IMG/VR virus record: IMGVR_UViG_3300044816_000082
Location: 1-64,000 of that record
Length of the DNA stretch: 64,000 nt
Reading direction: 5' to 3' (one strand)
Source of the DNA: a virus
Position numbers and translations under genes: made by a program. Positions 9,798-20,135 of the stretch are shown piece by piece. How positions within the stretch are numbered: position 1 is the first letter of the stretch; every line of letters begins with the position of its first letter. The notes under the pieces were generated by a model, which saw only the letters and a list, made by a program, of their open reading frames with translations, ran no database searches and was not told where the DNA came from.

Positions 9798-10613
9798 ATG
9801 AGCGTCAGGGAACGGTGGACCGCCAATGGGTTCGAGATCACGCACGGGTGGACCTCTGATGTGGAGACCCGCGTCGGGTTGATGCGCGTCGCTGCCCCGC
9901 GGATCACGAGTAGCCCGCAGCCCGGGGCGACCCACGGTGAACTCGTCGGTGGTCGGCGTAAGCACCTGCCGGCCGGGTTCAACCTCGCGGTGTGGTGCGG
10001 CGACGTGACTCGTGAGGCAGCGGAGCAGCGCTACGAGGAGGTCCTGCGGTCGGTTGGGCAGCAGTGGACCCCGACCGACTGGCGCCGGACCCTCGCTGAC
10101 GGCACCGTCCGGCAGGCATTCGGGCGACTCGTGAACAGCATCGCGCCCGAACCGATCGGGAGCATGGGCATGCGGTTCGGGCTCGAGGTGATGGTTCACA
10201 GCGGGTTCTGGCGCGACCTCGCCGGAACGACCGACACGACCACGGGGGCGCTGCCACGCACCCTCGCGTTGACGAGCAAGGCGCGCAGTACCGGTCCCAT
10301 GGCGGACCTCGTCTGCACGATCACCGGGCCGGTCACGAACCCGCAGGTTCTTAGCCTCGACACCGGACTGGGGTTCATCTACAGCGGGGTCGTCGCGGCC
10401 GGACAGACCCTCACCGTCGACAGCGGCACGTGGCTGGTAACCGGAACGGGGGGGTTGCTCCCGACCGTCGAGCTGCTCACCTGGACCCATGAGCGGTACC
10501 TCGAGGTTCCCGCCGCTGTCGTCGGGTCGACCCCGTCGGTGGTGTTCTCAGGGAGTGGGAGCAGCGGCGCGACGTCGTTGAGTGTGCAGGGGACGTCGTG
10601 CTTCCTGGCATGA
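9798..10613 (+). CDS. Distal tail (Dit-like) protein
   Basis: Follows TMP; ITGPVTNP...GQTLTVD pattern. Confidence 0.75.
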   Translation: MSVRERWTANGFEITHGWTSDVETRVGLMRVAAPRITSSPQPGATHGELVGGRRKHLPAGFNLAVWCGDVTREAAEQRYEEVLRSVGQQWTPTDWRRTLADGTVRQAFGRLVNSIAPEPIGSMGMRFGLEVMVHSGFWRDLAGTTDTTTGALPRTLALTSKARSTGPMADLVCTITGPVTNPQVLSLDTGLGFIYSGVVAAGQTLTVDSGTWLVTGTGGLLPTVELLTWTHERYLEVPAAVVGSTPSVVFSGSGSSGATSLSVQGTSCFLA

Positions 10614-10626
10614 CACGCTCCGGGTT

Positions 10627-13600
10627 GTGACGATCGGGGCGAGCCACCTGCGGCTCTACGACAAGACCGTCACGACCCTGCTCACGATCCTGCCCGACAT
10701 CTTGGAGTGCTCCGCGCAGGAAGAACTCAACGCGACAGGACAACTCACCGCGACCTACCCCCGTACCGGGTACGGCGCCGACACGCTCCTCGCGACCCTC
10801 ACCGGGTACCTCGGGTTGTGGGAGGACGGCGTCGACACCGGGTTGCGGTTCCGGTACGACGGGGACAGCGACGACCCGTCCGACCCGGGGCTGCTCGCAC
10901 GGAGCCTGTCGATCAGTTGCCCCGGCGCGGCCGATGCCCTCAAGGACGGCATCATCTACCCCCAGGCAGGGCTGAACACCTATCCATGGTTCGACTTCCA
11001 CACCGTCACGCCGGGCGCGATCGGGGTGACGCTCCTCGCGCAAATGCACGCCCGCGGGACCCTGACGCAAGTCACTGCCTCGTTCACGTCCTTGGTGGAC
11101 AGCAACGGGTTGGCGTGGCCCAACACAGTCTGGCTCCGCTACGACGCAGGGAAGACACTGCTCGACGTCATCACCGACCTCGCCGGCCGGGGGGTTCTCG
11201 ATTGGAAGGTGCGAGCCAACCCGTCCGGCGGGTTGTACCTCGACGCGTACGTCCCCTCGACCTACCTCGCCCGTGACCGCGGCGGCCAATGGCGCATCGC
11301 GCAGTCCACGACCACCGGGGGGGCGTACTACACCGCCGCGCAACCTCAGCTCGGGACCCTGACCCCCGCGACGATCAACCTCACCCCCGGCGCGAACACC
11401 GCGACACACGCCGAAGTCAACCTCAACGCCCCCCTCGACGGGTCCTACACGTTCTGGCTCACCAAGAGTGCCGGGGACAACGCGCAGCTCCTCGTCGACG
11501 GCACCGCGCTCGCCTCAGGCGGATCCCGGACACTCACGACCGGACTGCACCAGTTCGTCGTGGACCACGCCACCGGGGGGAGCCCCGGGTTGCTGCTCGT
11601 GGAATGGGCCGGCCCCGGGTTCGCTCGCACAGCGATAACGACCTATCCGCTCGCGAAGATCACCCGCGGTCGGGACGTGATCAAGTCACCCCGGCAACGG
11701 TCCCGAGGTGACCTCAAGACCGTCGTCCTGGTCGCCGGCGACCGGATGACCAACACCGAACGTCTCAACGCCCCGGCCGTCACCCTGTACGACCGGCGGG
11801 AGGCGTACGAGAGCGAGAGCGGGGTGTTCGACTACGGCACCCTGTCGTTGTTCGGGGACCGCACCCTGAGCCGTCTGGCGCACCCTCAGACGAAGTACAC
11901 CGCCGAGTGGGTCCGTGGGCAGGGCGACCCTGAACCGGGGGTCGACTTCGGGATCGGGGACTTCCTGCGCTGCGATTGGGTGCGGGACGACACCACGAAC
12001 CTGTTCCTGCCATTACGAGCTCGCAGTGTCGTGCGCGCGTACGACTCGACCAGTGGGACCCGGACGTGCAGCGTCGAGCTCAACGACCCGATGATCGAGC
12101 ACGACGTCGCGTTGTCACGGGCCGTCATCGCGACCAACAACGGCAGTGTCACAGGGAGCACGACAGGACCGATCGCGAAGGTCGGACCAGACATTGTCGG
12201 GCCGATTGCGCCCGCGACCGTCACGATCACCTCCGGGACGGGTGACGTCTACTTCGACAGCAACGGGCAGGTACGGGTCGGGGCGACGATCTCGTGGACC
12301 GCGGTGGTCCTCAACACCGACGGCACGGCGTTCGATGACCTCGGCGCGTACTACGTCATCTGGCGAATCGGGTCGCAGGCGTACAGCGCGGAACTATCGA
12401 CCCGAGCGACCATCACGTACCTGTCCGACCTGGCACCGGGAACGGTCATCACCGCTGGGGTCCGGGCGTCTGACGCGTCGGGGAACACCAGCGCCTTCAC
12501 CTACTCCGCCCCGACCACGATCGCGGTCGACACCACCCCGCCGCCGCAGCCCTCCGCCCCGCAGGTCACCCCTGTCCTCGGTGGGTTGCAGGTCGGGTGG
12601 GACGGCCTGGACAACACCGGCACCGCGATGGTGCCCGACTTCGACCACCTCGAGGTGCATGCCTCGACCGTCGCCGGGTTCACCCCCACGTCAGGGACGC
12701 TCAAGGATTCACTTCCTGCCCCACCCGGGGCATACCGCTCGACCCTGACAGGTCTGTTGAGCACGGTCGACTGGTACATCCGGATCGTCGCAGTCGACCA
12801 CGCTGGCAACCGGAGCGTGCCGAGCGCCGTCGCAGGTCCCTACCGGCCGATCGCGGTGACGATCCCGGCGATCACCCCAGCCGACCTCGCAGGTATTCAC
12901 ATCGGTGGACAGAACCTGTTGAGGAACTCCTCGTTTGAGGACTCGGGGATGCTCGACTGGACCTTGGCGGGGGCAGTCCGGGTCGCCGCAGATCCGCACA
13001 CTGCAGGGATCGCAGGGGTCGCGAGCCTTGAGGTCACCGCGACGGGGGTCGCCGGCGGGGCATATGCGCGGCAGGTGTTCCCGGTCGTCGACGGGCTGCC
13101 GTACGTCCTGACCGCGTGGGTACGGGTCGTGAGCGGCGCTGCGCTGCCCGTCCTGACCATCCGCAGCTCGGTGGGTGGCACGGTCAAAGCCACTGCAACC
13201 CTCGCGTCCGCTGGCGCAACGTACGCCCGCTACCGGCTCCCCTTCACCGCCGACGCGAATGGGAACTGGGTGGTGTACCTCACCACCGACGCCGGGGCTG
13301 CCGGCGGGATCCTCCACTACGACGAGACGCAGATCGAGCAGGCCGACGTCGAGACGGCCTACGCCCCCAAACCGGATGAGTTGCTCCCCAACTCGGTCAC
13401 CACGACCACGATCGCTCCCGACGCTGTCACGACCCCCAAGCTCATCACGGGGGCGATCGTCGCGGACAAGATCGCCGGGAACGCGATCACCGCGAGCAAA
13501 GTCGTCATCGGCGGGGCGGAGAACGCCGCGGAGGACCCCGACTTTGAGGACCGACCCGCTTATGCCTACGGCACCACCGACGCGACCGGACCGTTCACGA

Positions 13601-15336
13601 CGTGGACGAACATGGCGAACAGCTCGGTCGGGACTGGGACGACGACCGGCGGACCGTTTACGATCTGGCACGTCGGAGACGGCAACGGGTTCAGCCCCGA
13701 GTACGGCATCGCTGTCGCGACACACCCGGGTGGGGCAGCCGCGGCGAGCGTGAACGGCCGGCGGGTAGCGATCCGGCCCGGAGACCAGTTCTACGCCACC
13801 GCCCGGGTCTACAACACTGCGGACGGGGCGGACGCGCGGATCCGGATCTCGTGGCGGAACGCGACCGACACAGAGATCGCAGTCACCGACGCGCCGTTGC
13901 GCGGCACCACCGGGGCGTGGTCGCAGAACGAGGTCTACGGGGTTGCGCCCTCGAGCGCGGTGTGGGCACGGGTCGCGTTGCTCAACAACGGGACCACGAC
14001 CGCACGGGGCTACTGGAAGGGTGTCTTTTTCCGGCGCCGCACCGACTCCTCGCTGATCGTCGACGGGTCGATCCTGGCTCGGATGGTCGACGCGACGAAC
14101 ATCACCGCCATGGCCGCGACGATCAACAGCGCGGTCATCACCGACGCGATGATCGCGAGCCTCACCGTCACGAAGCTCGTCACGGGCACCTTGAGTGCGG
14201 ACATCACCGTGAGCGCCCGGATCAAGACCTCCAACACCGGGAACCGGGTCGAGCTCGGCGCCACCGGGCTGCTCGCGTACTGCTACTTCACGGCGACCTT
14301 GACGTCCGCGATCACGAACAGCCAGACCTCGATCCCGGTCAATGTGTCGACGAGCACGGTGCTACCAGCGGTGCCGTTCGTCATCGCGATCGACTCGGAG
14401 TTCCTCAGCGTTACCGCACGGAGCACGACGTCCTACACGGGGGCGCAGAACTGGACGGTCGCTCGAGGGATCCTCTCCACGACCGATGCGAGTCACGCCA
14501 ACGCGGCGCCCGTGATCGACTGGAACGGGACACAGACCGTCAACCTCAGCACCTCAGGAAGTGTGTCGTTCCTGGGGACCATCCTCGGTGGCAGCACCAT
14601 CACCGGCGCGCTGTTCCAAACCGCGGTGCCCAACACCGGGTCTGAGTGCATCGTGGTGTCCTCCAACCCGGGGAACGCCATCCTGTTCTACCCGTCGGTG
14701 GCAATGGCCGGACCTGCCCTGCCTGCGTCGGTGAGGGTCGCGACGAACTTCACGACGGCGTTCGGGCAACTGTTCACGTTCAGCTCGGGACGGGGATCTT
14801 CCACTGCCGGGACGGGCGGGCAGGAGTCGTTCCTGACCGTCGCGCCGGGGTACGGCGGCGCCGCCGGGTTCAGCCTGCAAGCCCCCACTTCCTTCGGGGA
14901 GATCATCGCCGGCGGTGACGTGCTGATCACCGCTGGGACCGACCCGAGCCCCAGCGAGACGGGTGGCAGCATCTTCCTCACCACACCCGCGTCGCCAGGG
15001 GGGGTGACTGTCCAGGGAGGTGACCTGAGGGTCACCAACGGTTCGATGTTCTTCCAGTCGGGCCTGAACTCTGCCAACGGCATCGCCGGGTTCGAGCGTC
15101 GCCGGTTCACGATCTCCTGGTCTGCCTCGACGACCGCCGATGTGACGTGCACCTACATCGGCTACTTCACCGGCCGACCGGTCACTGCGACGCAGATGGA
15201 CGACGGCGCCAACAGCGGCGCCCCCGACGCGTACGTGTGGGGACGGGCAGCAGGCGCGACGAGCATCATCTTGCGTGGAACGAAGGCAGCAGCGGCCACC
15301 GTGTCGAGCCAGCTCGGCATCATCGCGACAGTCTGA
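10627..15336 (+). CDS. Large minor tail protein (Tal/baseplate hub plus FN3 and carbohydrate-binding modules); ORF track start 10582
   Basis: N-terminal EELNATGQL.ATYP hub pattern; FN3 motifs VRASDASGNTS and VAVDHAGNRS; GGQNLLRNSSFE CBM-like motif; AIVADKIAGNAIT repeats. Confidence 0.85.
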   Translation: MTIGASHLRLYDKTVTTLLTILPDILECSAQEELNATGQLTATYPRTGYGADTLLATLTGYLGLWEDGVDTGLRFRYDGDSDDPSDPGLLARSLSISCPGAADALKDGIIYPQAGLNTYPWFDFHTVTPGAIGVTLLAQMHARGTLTQVTASFTSLVDSNGLAWPNTVWLRYDAGKTLLDVITDLAGRGVLDWKVRANPSGGLYLDAYVPSTYLARDRGGQWRIAQSTTTGGAYYTAAQPQLGTLTPATINLTPGANTATHAEVNLNAPLDGSYTFWLTKSAGDNAQLLVDGTALASGGSRTLTTGLHQFVVDHATGGSPGLLLVEWAGPGFARTAITTYPLAKITRGRDVIKSPRQRSRGDLKTVVLVAGDRMTNTERLNAPAVTLYDRREAYESESGVFDYGTLSLFGDRTLSRLAHPQTKYTAEWVRGQGDPEPGVDFGIGDFLRCDWVRDDTTNLFLPLRARSVVRAYDSTSGTRTCSVELNDPMIEHDVALSRAVIATNNGSVTGSTTGPIAKVGPDIVGPIAPATVTITSGTGDVYFDSNGQVRVGATISWTAVVLNTDGTAFDDLGAYYVIWRIGSQAYSAELSTRATITYLSDLAPGTVITAGVRASDASGNTSAFTYSAPTTIAVDTTPPPQPSAPQVTPVLGGLQVGWDGLDNTGTAMVPDFDHLEVHASTVAGFTPTSGTLKDSLPAPPGAYRSTLTGLLSTVDWYIRIVAVDHAGNRSVPSAVAGPYRPIAVTIPAITPADLAGIHIGGQNLLRNSSFEDSGMLDWTLAGAVRVAADPHTAGIAGVASLEVTATGVAGGAYARQVFPVVDGLPYVLTAWVRVVSGAALPVLTIRSSVGGTVKATATLASAGATYARYRLPFTADANGNWVVYLTTDAGAAGGILHYDETQIEQADVETAYAPKPDELLPNSVTTTTIAPDAVTTPKLITGAIVADKIAGNAITASKVVIGGAENAAEDPDFEDRPAYAYGTTDATGPFTTWTNMANSSVGTGTTTGGPFTIWHVGDGNGFSPEYGIAVATHPGGAAAASVNGRRVAIRPGDQFYATARVYNTADGADARIRISWRNATDTEIAVTDAPLRGTTGAWSQNEVYGVAPSSAVWARVALLNNGTTTARGYWKGVFFRRRTDSSLIVDGSILARMVDATNITAMAATINSAVITDAMIASLTVTKLVTGTLSADITVSARIKTSNTGNRVELGATGLLAYCYFTATLTSAITNSQTSIPVNVSTSTVLPAVPFVIAIDSEFLSVTARSTTSYTGAQNWTVARGILSTTDASHANAAPVIDWNGTQTVNLSTSGSVSFLGTILGGSTITGALFQTAVPNTGSECIVVSSNPGNAILFYPSVAMAGPALPASVRVATNFTTAFGQLFTFSSGRGSSTAGTGGQESFLTVAPGYGGAAGFSLQAPTSFGEIIAGGDVLITAGTDPSPSETGGSIFLTTPASPGGVTVQGGDLRVTNGSMFFQSGLNSANGIAGFERRRFTISWSASTTADVTCTYIGYFTGRPVTATQMDDGANSGAPDAYVWGRAAGATSIILRGTKAAAATVSSQLGIIATV

Positions 15337-15348
15337 GAGGGAGCGTCA

Positions 15349-15831
15349 ATGATCGAGATCATGAGCGTCGAGCTCGTCACAGACCGAGACGACCCCGGTA
15401 ACGACCACCTGCGGGTCACCTACGACAGCCCCCATGCGATCGATGACACCTCGCACGTCCATGTCATCCCCCTTGGCGCGATCGCGTCCCGCATGGCTCT
15501 CTATGGCACTGCGACCGCTGAGGCGACGGTCGAGGAGATCATCCACGAGGCACAGGTCGCGGCGATGCTCGGTGGTGGTAAGCACCCGACGAAGGCTCAG
15601 CGGGACGCCCGTCGCCGTGAACACAAGGTCGTCGGGTTGGGGAAGGCTCTCAAGCAGGCAGGGGTCACCCTTCCCGAACCGACCGAGCAGGACGTCATCA
15701 CGTGGGAGGACCAGGCGATCAAGGTGTTCGGGCGGCACCGATACGCGACGTTGCGGGGAATGTCGGTGGCGTCCATCCCCGACCCTGTCAAGCAGACCGG
15801 GCGTCGAACCAAACGGATCGGCGCGGTGTAG
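15349..15831 (+). CDS. Hypothetical protein (tail-associated)
   Basis: GAGGGAG SD; coding-like codon usage. Confidence 0.6.
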   Translation: MIEIMSVELVTDRDDPGNDHLRVTYDSPHAIDDTSHVHVIPLGAIASRMALYGTATAEATVEEIIHEAQVAAMLGGGKHPTKAQRDARRREHKVVGLGKALKQAGVTLPEPTEQDVITWEDQAIKVFGRHRYATLRGMSVASIPDPVKQTGRRTKRIGAV

Positions 15832-15902
15832 GGACGCGAGCGGCACACCGCGGTTACCCTGCGCGGCATGAGGTGGCAGCAGGTAAGGGTGGGTGGTCAC
15901 GC

Positions 15903-16247
15903 GTGACGATCGCAGCGGACGGGACCGCGACGTGCAACGTGTGCGGTGGGAGCGCTGGGAACGGGGGGGTGTTCGTCGCTGTCGTAGTAAGCACCGTCGA
16001 TGTGCTGACCTCGCAGGTCCACAACCTGCACGCCTGCCGATCCCCGAAGGGTCAAGACGGGATCGACCCGACGTGCGCTGACACCCTTCTCGCGGTGTTC
16101 ACCGACGATGCAGCGTTCCCCCACAGCCGGCATGCCGCCGACGCGGTCCTGCGCGCCGCGGGTGTCGAGCCCGTGCCGACCGAGACCCCGCTGACCGAGG
16201 CCGTCCCGGTTCCGAAACGACGACGGAAGGCAGCGAAGTCCCCGTGA
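15903..16247 (+). CDS. Hypothetical protein with CxxC
   Basis: GTG start; GTGA overlap with next gene. Confidence 0.5.
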   Translation: MTIAADGTATCNVCGGSAGNGGVFVAVVVSTVDVLTSQVHNLHACRSPKGQDGIDPTCADTLLAVFTDDAAFPHSRHAADAVLRAAGVEPVPTETPLTEAVPVPKRRRKAAKSP

Positions 16248-16534
16248 CCAGCCCCGACCCGACCCCTCCCCCCCAGCATCAACTTGCCGTCGACCCGACC
16301 AGGGTCGCCGGGAAGTGGCGCATCCGGCTCGCAGAAGCAGCCAACCGCGCCCTCGACCTCGAGGAACGGTTGTGCTTGCAGGAGAGCGCCGTTGACCAGC
16401 TCCTTGATGAGCGGGCCGTCCTCTTGCAGCGCCTGACCGATATGGAGAGCGAACTCGTGGTCCTGCGCGATGCAGCGGAGACGATCGAAGACGAGCGGGC
16501 CGCTGACATCTCCCCCAAGCGCATCAGGGCGTAA
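16244..16534 (+). CDS. Small coiled-coil protein
   Basis: Heptad Leu/Glu pattern; coupled overlap. Confidence 0.55.
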   Translation: MTSPDPTPPPQHQLAVDPTRVAGKWRIRLAEAANRALDLEERLCLQESAVDQLLDERAVLLQRLTDMESELVVLRDAAETIEDERAADISPKRIRA

Positions 16535-16654
16535 CGGCGAGGCGACGTTGCGTTGTCACGCGGGCGATCATTGCCCCCGGTGAGGTGCCGCGCCTTGGCG
16601 GTGTTGAACGGGAGGCGAGCTCCGTGAAGACGACGTGGCGAAGGGGAATGGGCC

Positions 16655-16846
16655 ATGAAAATGCCCGCATGGTTGCCCACAGGCAAGCCCTTACGCGACG
16701 GGGTCCTGTTTGTCTCGGGCATCCTTGGGTTCGCACACGAAACGTTGATTGTTGGCACCGAACGCCCGTCGTTGCTCGTCGCCTTCGGGGCAATGGTGGG
16801 ACTCCCTGCGTTCCTGCGACGGGACGACAAGGAGGGCAAACCGTGA
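16655..16846 (+). CDS. Small two-TM membrane protein (holin-like)
   Basis: RDGVLFVSGILGFAHE...LLVAFGAMVGLPAF hydrophobic segments; in lysis region. Confidence 0.6.
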   Translation: MKMPAWLPTGKPLRDGVLFVSGILGFAHETLIVGTERPSLLVAFGAMVGLPAFLRRDDKEGKP

Positions 16847-16952
16847 CGACATCACGTCGCCGTGCGGTACGCGTCGGACCGTGGACGCTCGGATACTTGA
16901 CCATCGTGTCCACCGCAGAGCTGATCATCCTGGTCGGGGACCGGTGGTGGTG

Positions 16953-17309
16953 GTGACGCCGGCGGCGGAGGAATGGCGACGTGGACAGTTGATCGCCTAC
17001 GTCCTGATCGTTCTGGTAGCAGCGCTGGGGTTCGCCGTCACCGAGCACAACATGAACGTCGCGAGCGACCGTGCGGTCGCGAGCCGACAGGCGCTGTGCC
17101 GGGTCGCGAAACAGAACAACGACGCGAGCCGCATCCTCGTGCAGCAGATCGTCGACCTCGTGGTGAAGAACTCACCACGCCGCACCCCGAGCGAGATCAA
17201 GGCTGCTGACAAGAGCACCGCGATCATCTTGCAGTTCCAGCAGACCACGCTGGAACTGCTCGGGCCGACACCGAACTGCGCGGACATCGCAGCAGGAGTT
17301 GCACCATGA
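16953..17309 (+). CDS. Single-TM membrane protein of lysis cassette
   Basis: LIAYVLIVLVAALGFAV TM segment followed by a coiled domain with two Cys. Confidence 0.6.
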   Translation: MTPAAEEWRRGQLIAYVLIVLVAALGFAVTEHNMNVASDRAVASRQALCRVAKQNNDASRILVQQIVDLVVKNSPRRTPSEIKAADKSTAIILQFQQTTLELLGPTPNCADIAAGVAP

Positions 17310-17917
17310 CCAGAGATGATCGGGCGTACAACCGCAAGGTCGACCTCGTGACGTTCGTCGCGATCGTCATCCTGATCGCGCTCGCCGCAATCGGGGTCTA
17401 CAAGGTCCAAGCGCATGACCTTGCACAAGCCGAGAAACACACAGCGGCGGTAGCGGATAAGCGGGGGCAGGACATTGATGCCCTCTCCGCTCAGGTCCGG
17501 GCGTTGTGCCGAGGCCGGGCGACGTGCCAACCGGTCCTGTCGGACGGTAAGCCTCCAGCTCCGGGCACCCCGGGTGCTCCGGGGGCGAAAGGTGATCAGG
17601 GCATCCCTGGACGCGGCATCAACGGCATCAACGGCAAGAACGGGAACAACGGCAAGAACGGGAACAACGGCAAGAACGGGAACAACGGGATCAACGGTCG
17701 AGACTCGAACGTGCCGGGAGCGACGGGATCCCCCGGCGCGGCAGGTCGGGACTCGGTCGTCCCCGGTCCCACCGGATCACCGGGAGCGAAGGGCGATCCT
17801 GCGAGTCCACAGCCTGACCCGTGCCCGACGCACTACGACGACCTGACCCACCCTGGCTATCAGGTCTGCGCCCGCCCGAGCCCGACCCCGACCCCTAGCC
17901 CGACCCCCACCCCGTAG
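17306..17917 (+). CDS. Membrane-anchored collagen-like protein
   Basis: N-terminal TM, coiled coil, long Gly-X-Y run, PT-rich tail. Confidence 0.75.
   Translation: MTRDDRAYNRKVDLVTFVAIVILIALAAIGVYKVQAHDLAQAEKHTAAVADKRGQDIDALSAQVRALCRGRATCQPVLSDGKPPAPGTPGAPGAKGDQGIPGRGINGINGKNGNNGKNGNNGKNGNNGINGRDSNVPGATGSPGAAGRDSVVPGPTGSPGAKGDPASPQPDPCPTHYDDLTHPGYQVCARPSPTPTPSPTPTP
17630..17683 (+). repeat. 3x 18-bp tandem repeat AACGGCAAGAACGGGAAC (NGKNGN)
   Basis: Three exact copies read directly. Confidence 0.9.
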
Positions 17918-17926
17918 GAGCTTGCT

Positions 17927-18943
17927 GTGCTACTCGGACCTGACACCTCCAACGTCAACGGACGCACCCTGGACAGCGCCGCAGCCGCAGCGCAACGAAT
18001 GGGATTCGGACTGTTCAAGGCGTCCCAAGGAACGGGGTTCGTCGACAGGTTGCTCCCCGGCAACATCGACGGGGCACGCGCCCACGGGCTGCTCCCCGGG
18101 GCGTACCACTTCCTCGAGGCCGGGAACGGAGCGGCGCAAGCCGATCACTTCCTCGCGTGCCTCGGCGCGGTCGGCGGGATCCGCGGGTTGCTCTGCGCCG
18201 TCGACGTCGAGCTGCAGAACAGCACCACCGGTCCCAGTCTTGCGGACGTCACCGCGTTCCGGGGCCGGTGGGAAGCGAAGGTCGGGAAGGGCCGGCTGAT
18301 CCTCTACACCGGCGGGTGGTACTGGTCCGGCCACCTGGGCAACCCCCAGCAGCACGGGGACCTCCCGTTGTGGGACAGCGCCTATGTCCCCGGGGCCGGG
18401 GATCCGTGGCAGATCGTGAAGGGCGTCACCCCCGGGTACTTCCCGGCGTTCGGGGGATGGTCGAACTACCTGCTGCGTCAGTACAGCAGCGCCGCGAGTA
18501 TCGGTGGGATCAGCCCGTGCGACGTGAGTGTCTGCTACGACGAGAACCGACTGCGCGCCGCGGCCGGGATCGTGCCGACCCCACCCCGTCCACAGCCAGC
18601 TCCGCACCCGGGACCTCCGCACCCGACCCCTAAACCGGGTGTGCCGACCCGCACGCAACAGATCCAGGCGTTACAAGGTGCGGTCCACGCCGCCAGCGAC
18701 GGAGCGTGGGGACCAGACACTGACCGGCGACTACGGCTGCTCCGCGTCCACACCCCTACCAGCGAGCTGCAGGCCATGCTGGGAGCGCACGCGGATGGGT
18801 TGTGGGGACCGGAGACCCACCGGGTCTACTTCGCGGCGCTCCACACTGTTCAGGTGGCGCTCCGCGTCCCATTGACCGCAGCGTGGGACGCTCCCACCGA
18901 CCGCGCGTTCCTGGCCCTACGCGCCGCCTGCTATCACCCCTGA
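17927..18943 (+). CDS. Endolysin, GH25 muramidase with C-terminal peptidoglycan-binding region
   Basis: GPDTS, KASQG, GAYHF, AVDVE, ILYTG, RQYSS GH25 motifs; DG.WGP.T repeats. Confidence 0.9.
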   Translation: MLLGPDTSNVNGRTLDSAAAAAQRMGFGLFKASQGTGFVDRLLPGNIDGARAHGLLPGAYHFLEAGNGAAQADHFLACLGAVGGIRGLLCAVDVELQNSTTGPSLADVTAFRGRWEAKVGKGRLILYTGGWYWSGHLGNPQQHGDLPLWDSAYVPGAGDPWQIVKGVTPGYFPAFGGWSNYLLRQYSSAASIGGISPCDVSVCYDENRLRAAAGIVPTPPRPQPAPHPGPPHPTPKPGVPTRTQQIQALQGAVHAASDGAWGPDTDRRLRLLRVHTPTSELQAMLGAHADGLWGPETHRVYFAALHTVQVALRVPLTAAWDAPTDRAFLALRAACYHP

Positions 18944-18957
18944 GAGAGGAACATGCT

Positions 18958-19440
18958 GTGAGCACACCCGACCCGAGCATCACTCCCACCCTGGACGGAT
19001 CAGCGGTTGTCGTCACTCCCGGTGTCACCCCCGGCAACCAGACGTCTGAGTACCTCAACATCCGCCTCGCGCAGCTCGTCGCGCTCATCGTGTCGATGGT
19101 CGCGCTGATCCATCCCGGGTTCAGCATCGCTGCCACCACACAGTCCATCGTGGTCAGTGTCCTCGGGCTGAGCATCCCGCTGCTGTCCACGTTGTACGCA
19201 AAGTTCCGGAAGGACGTGAAGGTCGCGGCGGTCGCGGCGACCTTCATCATCCCGCCGCCTGTCGACACTCCACCGCTACCGAGCGCGCTGCCGGTACTCA
19301 CCGACGCACCTAACGTCGCTGGCGTCGACGGGAACCTCGCGGCGAGCGCCGGGTCCCTCGGGCCGGTTGTGGCGGACCCGCCGGTGAACTTGACGCGCAG
19401 GGGCAAGGCGACGCCACGCAAGTCCGCGGCACGCAGATGA
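18958..19440 (+). CDS. Holin-like two-TM protein
   Basis: PG.QTSEY motif followed by two TM helices; directly after endolysin. Confidence 0.65.
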   Translation: MSTPDPSITPTLDGSAVVVTPGVTPGNQTSEYLNIRLAQLVALIVSMVALIHPGFSIAATTQSIVVSVLGLSIPLLSTLYAKFRKDVKVAAVAATFIIPPPVDTPPLPSALPVLTDAPNVAGVDGNLAASAGSLGPVVADPPVNLTRRGKATPRKSAARR

Positions 19441-20135
19441 TGAAGGCTGCGCTCACGGCGCTTGCACTCGTTGCGGCATGCACAGCCGGACAGCCCCCGA
19501 CACCGAGCTCGTCACCGACGCCGACGGCGCCGACACCGAGCTCGGTCTCGGCGCATCGCCCGCCCCGCCCGTCACCGACGACGGCGTCACCGACGTCGTC
19601 GCCGCCGGCGGTGACGTCCTACCCGGCGTACGCGCCCCTCCCGGGCGATCAAGGAGTCGGGTGCGGGGTGGAACGGCAAGCCGTCAAGACCCTCACCGAC
19701 CCGGCCGCGAAGCAGGTCAACTACACGCCAATGGACAGCACCGTAGCGGCGTTGCGGGCCCTTCCCGTTCCCAACCCGCCACCGACCGTGCGGGCATCTG
19801 CCGAGCTCCGCACCTACCGGGTCCACGCCGTCGTGACGTCGTACAAGGAGGAGGCCGACAGCGACATCCACCTCGCAGTGACCGACGCCGGCGTCAGCAT
19901 GATCTTCGAGCTGATCTCGCCAGCGTGCCTACCGAAGGGTGATCCGCTCATCAACGAGCTCGGATACGCGCGGAACACCTGGCTCAAGGCGCACCCGCTC
20001 GGGACATCGTTCGTGACCGTCAACCAGGCGGTCACGGTGACAGGGGTGCTGTTCTTCGACCGGATCCACGGGCAGCGGGGGGTAGCGCCCAACGGAGTAG
20101 AGATCCATCCGGTGCTGACGCTCACCCTGAACTGA
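19437..20135 (+). CDS. Secreted lipoprotein with probable OB-fold domain
   Basis: Lipobox LVAA|C, Pro/Ser/Thr linker, CGVERQAVKT...DSDIHL...GVLFFD..HGQ.GVAPN.VEIHPV. Confidence 0.7.
   Translation: MMKAALTALALVAACTAGQPPTPSSSPTPTAPTPSSVSAHRPPRPSPTTASPTSSPPAVTSYPAYAPLPGDQGVGCGVERQAVKTLTDPAAKQVNYTPMDSTVAALRALPVPNPPPTVRASAELRTYRVHAVVTSYKEEADSDIHLAVTDAGVSMIFELISPACLPKGDPLINELGYARNTWLKAHPLGTSFVTVNQAVTVTGVLFFDRIHGQRGVAPNGVEIHPVLTLTLN

Noticed and set aside
8441-10490. Long alternative-frame and antisense ORFs (e.g. 8441-9859, 9045-10490 and many others)
   Set aside because: Arg/Pro-rich shadow ORFs expected in high-GC coding DNA; no motifs or SDs.
10627-15336. Diversity-generating retroelement target in the tail fibre
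   Set aside because: No reverse transcriptase and no TR/VR pair seen in the window.
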